The notes under the pieces were generated by a model. It was not told the DNA's origin, made no database searches, and worked only from the letters and a program-made list of their open reading frames with translations. From the NCBI RefSeq assembly GCF_001194135.2, contig NC_068992.1, positions 64,214,248-64,278,247 on the forward strand: a DNA stretch of 64,000 bases, in the 5' to 3' direction. Source of the DNA: Octopus bimaculoides (Eukaryota). Position numbers and translations under genes: made by a program. Positions 61,358 to 64,000 of the stretch are shown piece by piece; within the stretch, counting starts at the first letter, position 1; each line of letters starts with the position of its first letter.

Positions 61358-61790
61358 GAAGCAGCAACAGCAGCAGCAACAATGATGATAATTGTGACAG
61401 CAACAATGACAACAATTACAACAGAATAGCAACAACAGTGAGAAAAACGACAGCACCAACAAGAAAGTCATTACCACCACCACCACCACCACCATCACCA
61501 CCACCACCATCACCACCACCACCATCCCTACAGCCACTACCACCATCACCACCAGCAACAACAACAACAACAATAACATCAAATGCAACATCATTAGTGG
61601 CATTGGAAAAACATTATTGATAAGAGAAACACTTGCATCGGTGACAGCCATTAAGGTCTAACAAAAGCAATAACTATAATGATAGTTATTATCATCCTGC
61701 CCCCGCCTCCTCTTCATCGTCACTATCATCATTATCATCATCGTCATCATCATCATCATCATCATCTTCATCATCATCGACATCATTATT
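60555..61790. repeat. Cluster of trinucleotide arrays (TAC, TGC, TAA, CCA, CAA, CAT)
   Basis: Direct reading at 60555-60705, 60955-61060, 61325-61580 and 61710-61790. Confidence 0.9.
60706..60945 (+). mobile_element. Second copy of the Helentron/HINE-like element
   Basis: AATACTAAAAATGAACCTGACCACTCTCAAAAATTAAG...CTGAAAACAATACCTCCGCCTTCGCTAAGGTGG is shared with 21400-21640. Confidence 0.5.
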
Positions 61791-62172
61791 GAAGACCAAT
61801 AAGGCGAAGGATCTCCATCATAAATGGATGAGAAATCCCTTTTGTTGATTCGGCTTGCATGACATAATAAACATCCTTCGGATATGTGTGAGAACATTGA
61901 ACTCCAGCATCTTTATCTTCCCGACCAGGTGAGTGATTTACCTCTAAAATATACCTGTCTTTTTTGCCTTTTACTTGTTTCAGCCATTTGACTGAGAGCC
62001 ATGCTGGAGCACTATCTTTAAGTCGAGCAAATCGGCCCCAGGACTTATTCTTTGTAAACCTAGTACTTATTCTATTGGTCTTTTTTGCCAAACTGCTAAG
62101 TTACGGGGACGTAAACACACCAGCATTGATTGTCAAGCAGTATTGGGGGAGAAAAAAACACAGACACACAAT

Positions 62173-62218
<46 letters not shown>

Positions 62219-62727
62219 CAACGGGCTTCTTTCAGTTTCCGTCTACCAAATCCACTCATAAGGGTTTGGTCGGCTTCAGGCTAAAATAAAAGACACTTGC
62301 CCAAGGCGTCAGGTAGTGGAGCTGAATCTGGAACCATGTCATTGGGAAGCAAGCTACTTACCACACAGTCATACCTGCACCTATCATATATATATATATA
62401 TTNNNNNNNNNNNNNNNNNNNNNNNNNNNNNNNNNNNNNNNNNNNNNNNNNNNNNNNNNNNNNNNNNNNNNNNNNNNNNNNNNNNNNNNNNNNNNNNNNN
62501 NNNNNNNNNNNNNNNNNNNNNNNNNNNNNNNNNNNNNNNNNNNNNNNNNNNNNNNNNNNNNNNNNNNNNNNNNNAAGTCGAGCAAATCGGCCCCAGGACT
62601 TATTCTTTGTAAACCTAGTACTTATTCTATTGGTCTTTTTTGCCAAACTGCTAAGTTACGGGGACGTAAACACACCAGCATTGATTGTCAAGCAGTATTG
62701 GGGGAGAAAAAAACACAGACACACAAT

Positions 62728-62759
<32 letters not shown>

Positions 62760-63214
62760 CACTATGGACTTCTTTTGATTTCCGTCTACCAAATCCACTC
62801 ACAAGGCTTTGGTTGGCCTGAGGCTATAGTAGAAGACACTTGCCCAAGGTGCCACACAGTGGGACTGAACCTGGAACCATGTGGTTGTTTGGCAAGTTAC
62901 TTACCACACAGCCACTCCTGCACCTATATCTTTCTTTTATTTTTAAAAAATCTTTTATGTCTTATCATTTTTTCTTTTTATCATTTTACCACTTGCTTCA
63001 GTCATTGGACTGCAGCCTTGCAGGGGTGCAACCTTGAAAGGGTTTAAGGGGATGGATCGCCCCCTACCCACTACCACCACCACCAGGCTGCCAGTACTTG
63101 ACTTATGTCTTTTTTTAAACCCTGGTAATTGTTCTACAGGCCTTTTATGTTAAACTGTTGAGTTATGGGAATGTAAACAAACCAACACCAGTTGTGATGC
63201 AGTGGTGGAGGACA

Positions 63215-63725
63215 AACACAAACACACACACACAGATATGCATGCATACACATTAACACATACATACATACGTACATGTATACCTGTGTACACACATACA
63301 CTACATACACATACATACATGCATACAAACATAGACGTACATACATACACACACATACATACATACATACATACAAACATGCATGTATGCATACATACAT
63401 ACACACACATACATTCATATAAACATATATACATACATACGTACACACCCACACATACATACAAACATACATGCATACATACAAACATACATGCATACAT
63501 ACAAACATACATGCATACATACACACATACATAGACACATATATACACACACATACATACATACACACATACATGCATGCATACATACATATAAAACATA
63601 CATGCATACATACACATATATACATACACATATATACATACACATATATACATACACATATATACATACACATATATACATACACATATATACATACACA
63701 TACATACATACATACATACATACTT
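63215..63725. repeat. ~500-bp (CATA)n-type compound microsatellite
   Basis: Direct reading; source of 100-195 aa spurious ORFs. Confidence 0.95.
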
Positions 63726-64000
63726 ATTTATATGATGGGTTTTTTTTCAATTTCCATCAATCAAATCCACTCACAGTTAACCTTCCTTTGATATTGCTGC
63801 ACCTCTTATGTGTTCATAGCTTACATTGGGTACATCTTATAGAGTTTCTACCTATGCCTTTTCTACAGATCGAGCAGGGCCATCCACCTGAAACGATTTG
63901 TGGTTTGTCTGCCTTCCAACTTATTAAGACTTTGGTTTTAGCTAGGTTGACTTCGATTCTAATCCTTGCTTCCACACCTGAAACTTTTGCTCTAGTTCTG

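Noticed and set aside
63134-63791. ORFs of 100-195 aa (MYVCMYV..., HTHTYI...); likewise at 17379-17900, 22464-22753, 53593-53810 and 55259-55655
   Set aside because: They are translations of (CA)/(TA)/(CATA) microsatellites or run through N-gaps.

Overview
AT-rich, microsatellite- and SINE-dense animal genomic DNA with nine N-gaps. The repeat content suggests an octopod cephalopod (inference). The main feature is the 5' ~70% of an importin-11 (IPO11) gene on the minus strand. I rebuilt 18 coding exons by hand between 46486 and 2857; they join in frame to 693 codons plus 1 nt, and the gene continues off the left edge. One intron (8062-8674) is a minor-spliceosome AT-AC (U12) intron with a consensus 5' site and branch point. 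The introns and the region upstream of the gene carry tRNA-derived and RTE-tail SINEs, RTE LINE fragments, a decayed mariner, and mariner, piggyBac and hAT MITEs. The most unusual signals are minimal hammerhead-ribozyme motifs inside small retroelements with inverted terminal copies: one follows a tRNA-derived head at 18.9 kb and lies in sense to the IPO11 pre-mRNA, and another is at 45.0 kb. There are also several long intronic fold-backs, including a perfect 94-bp inverted repeat. No second protein-coding gene could be established.
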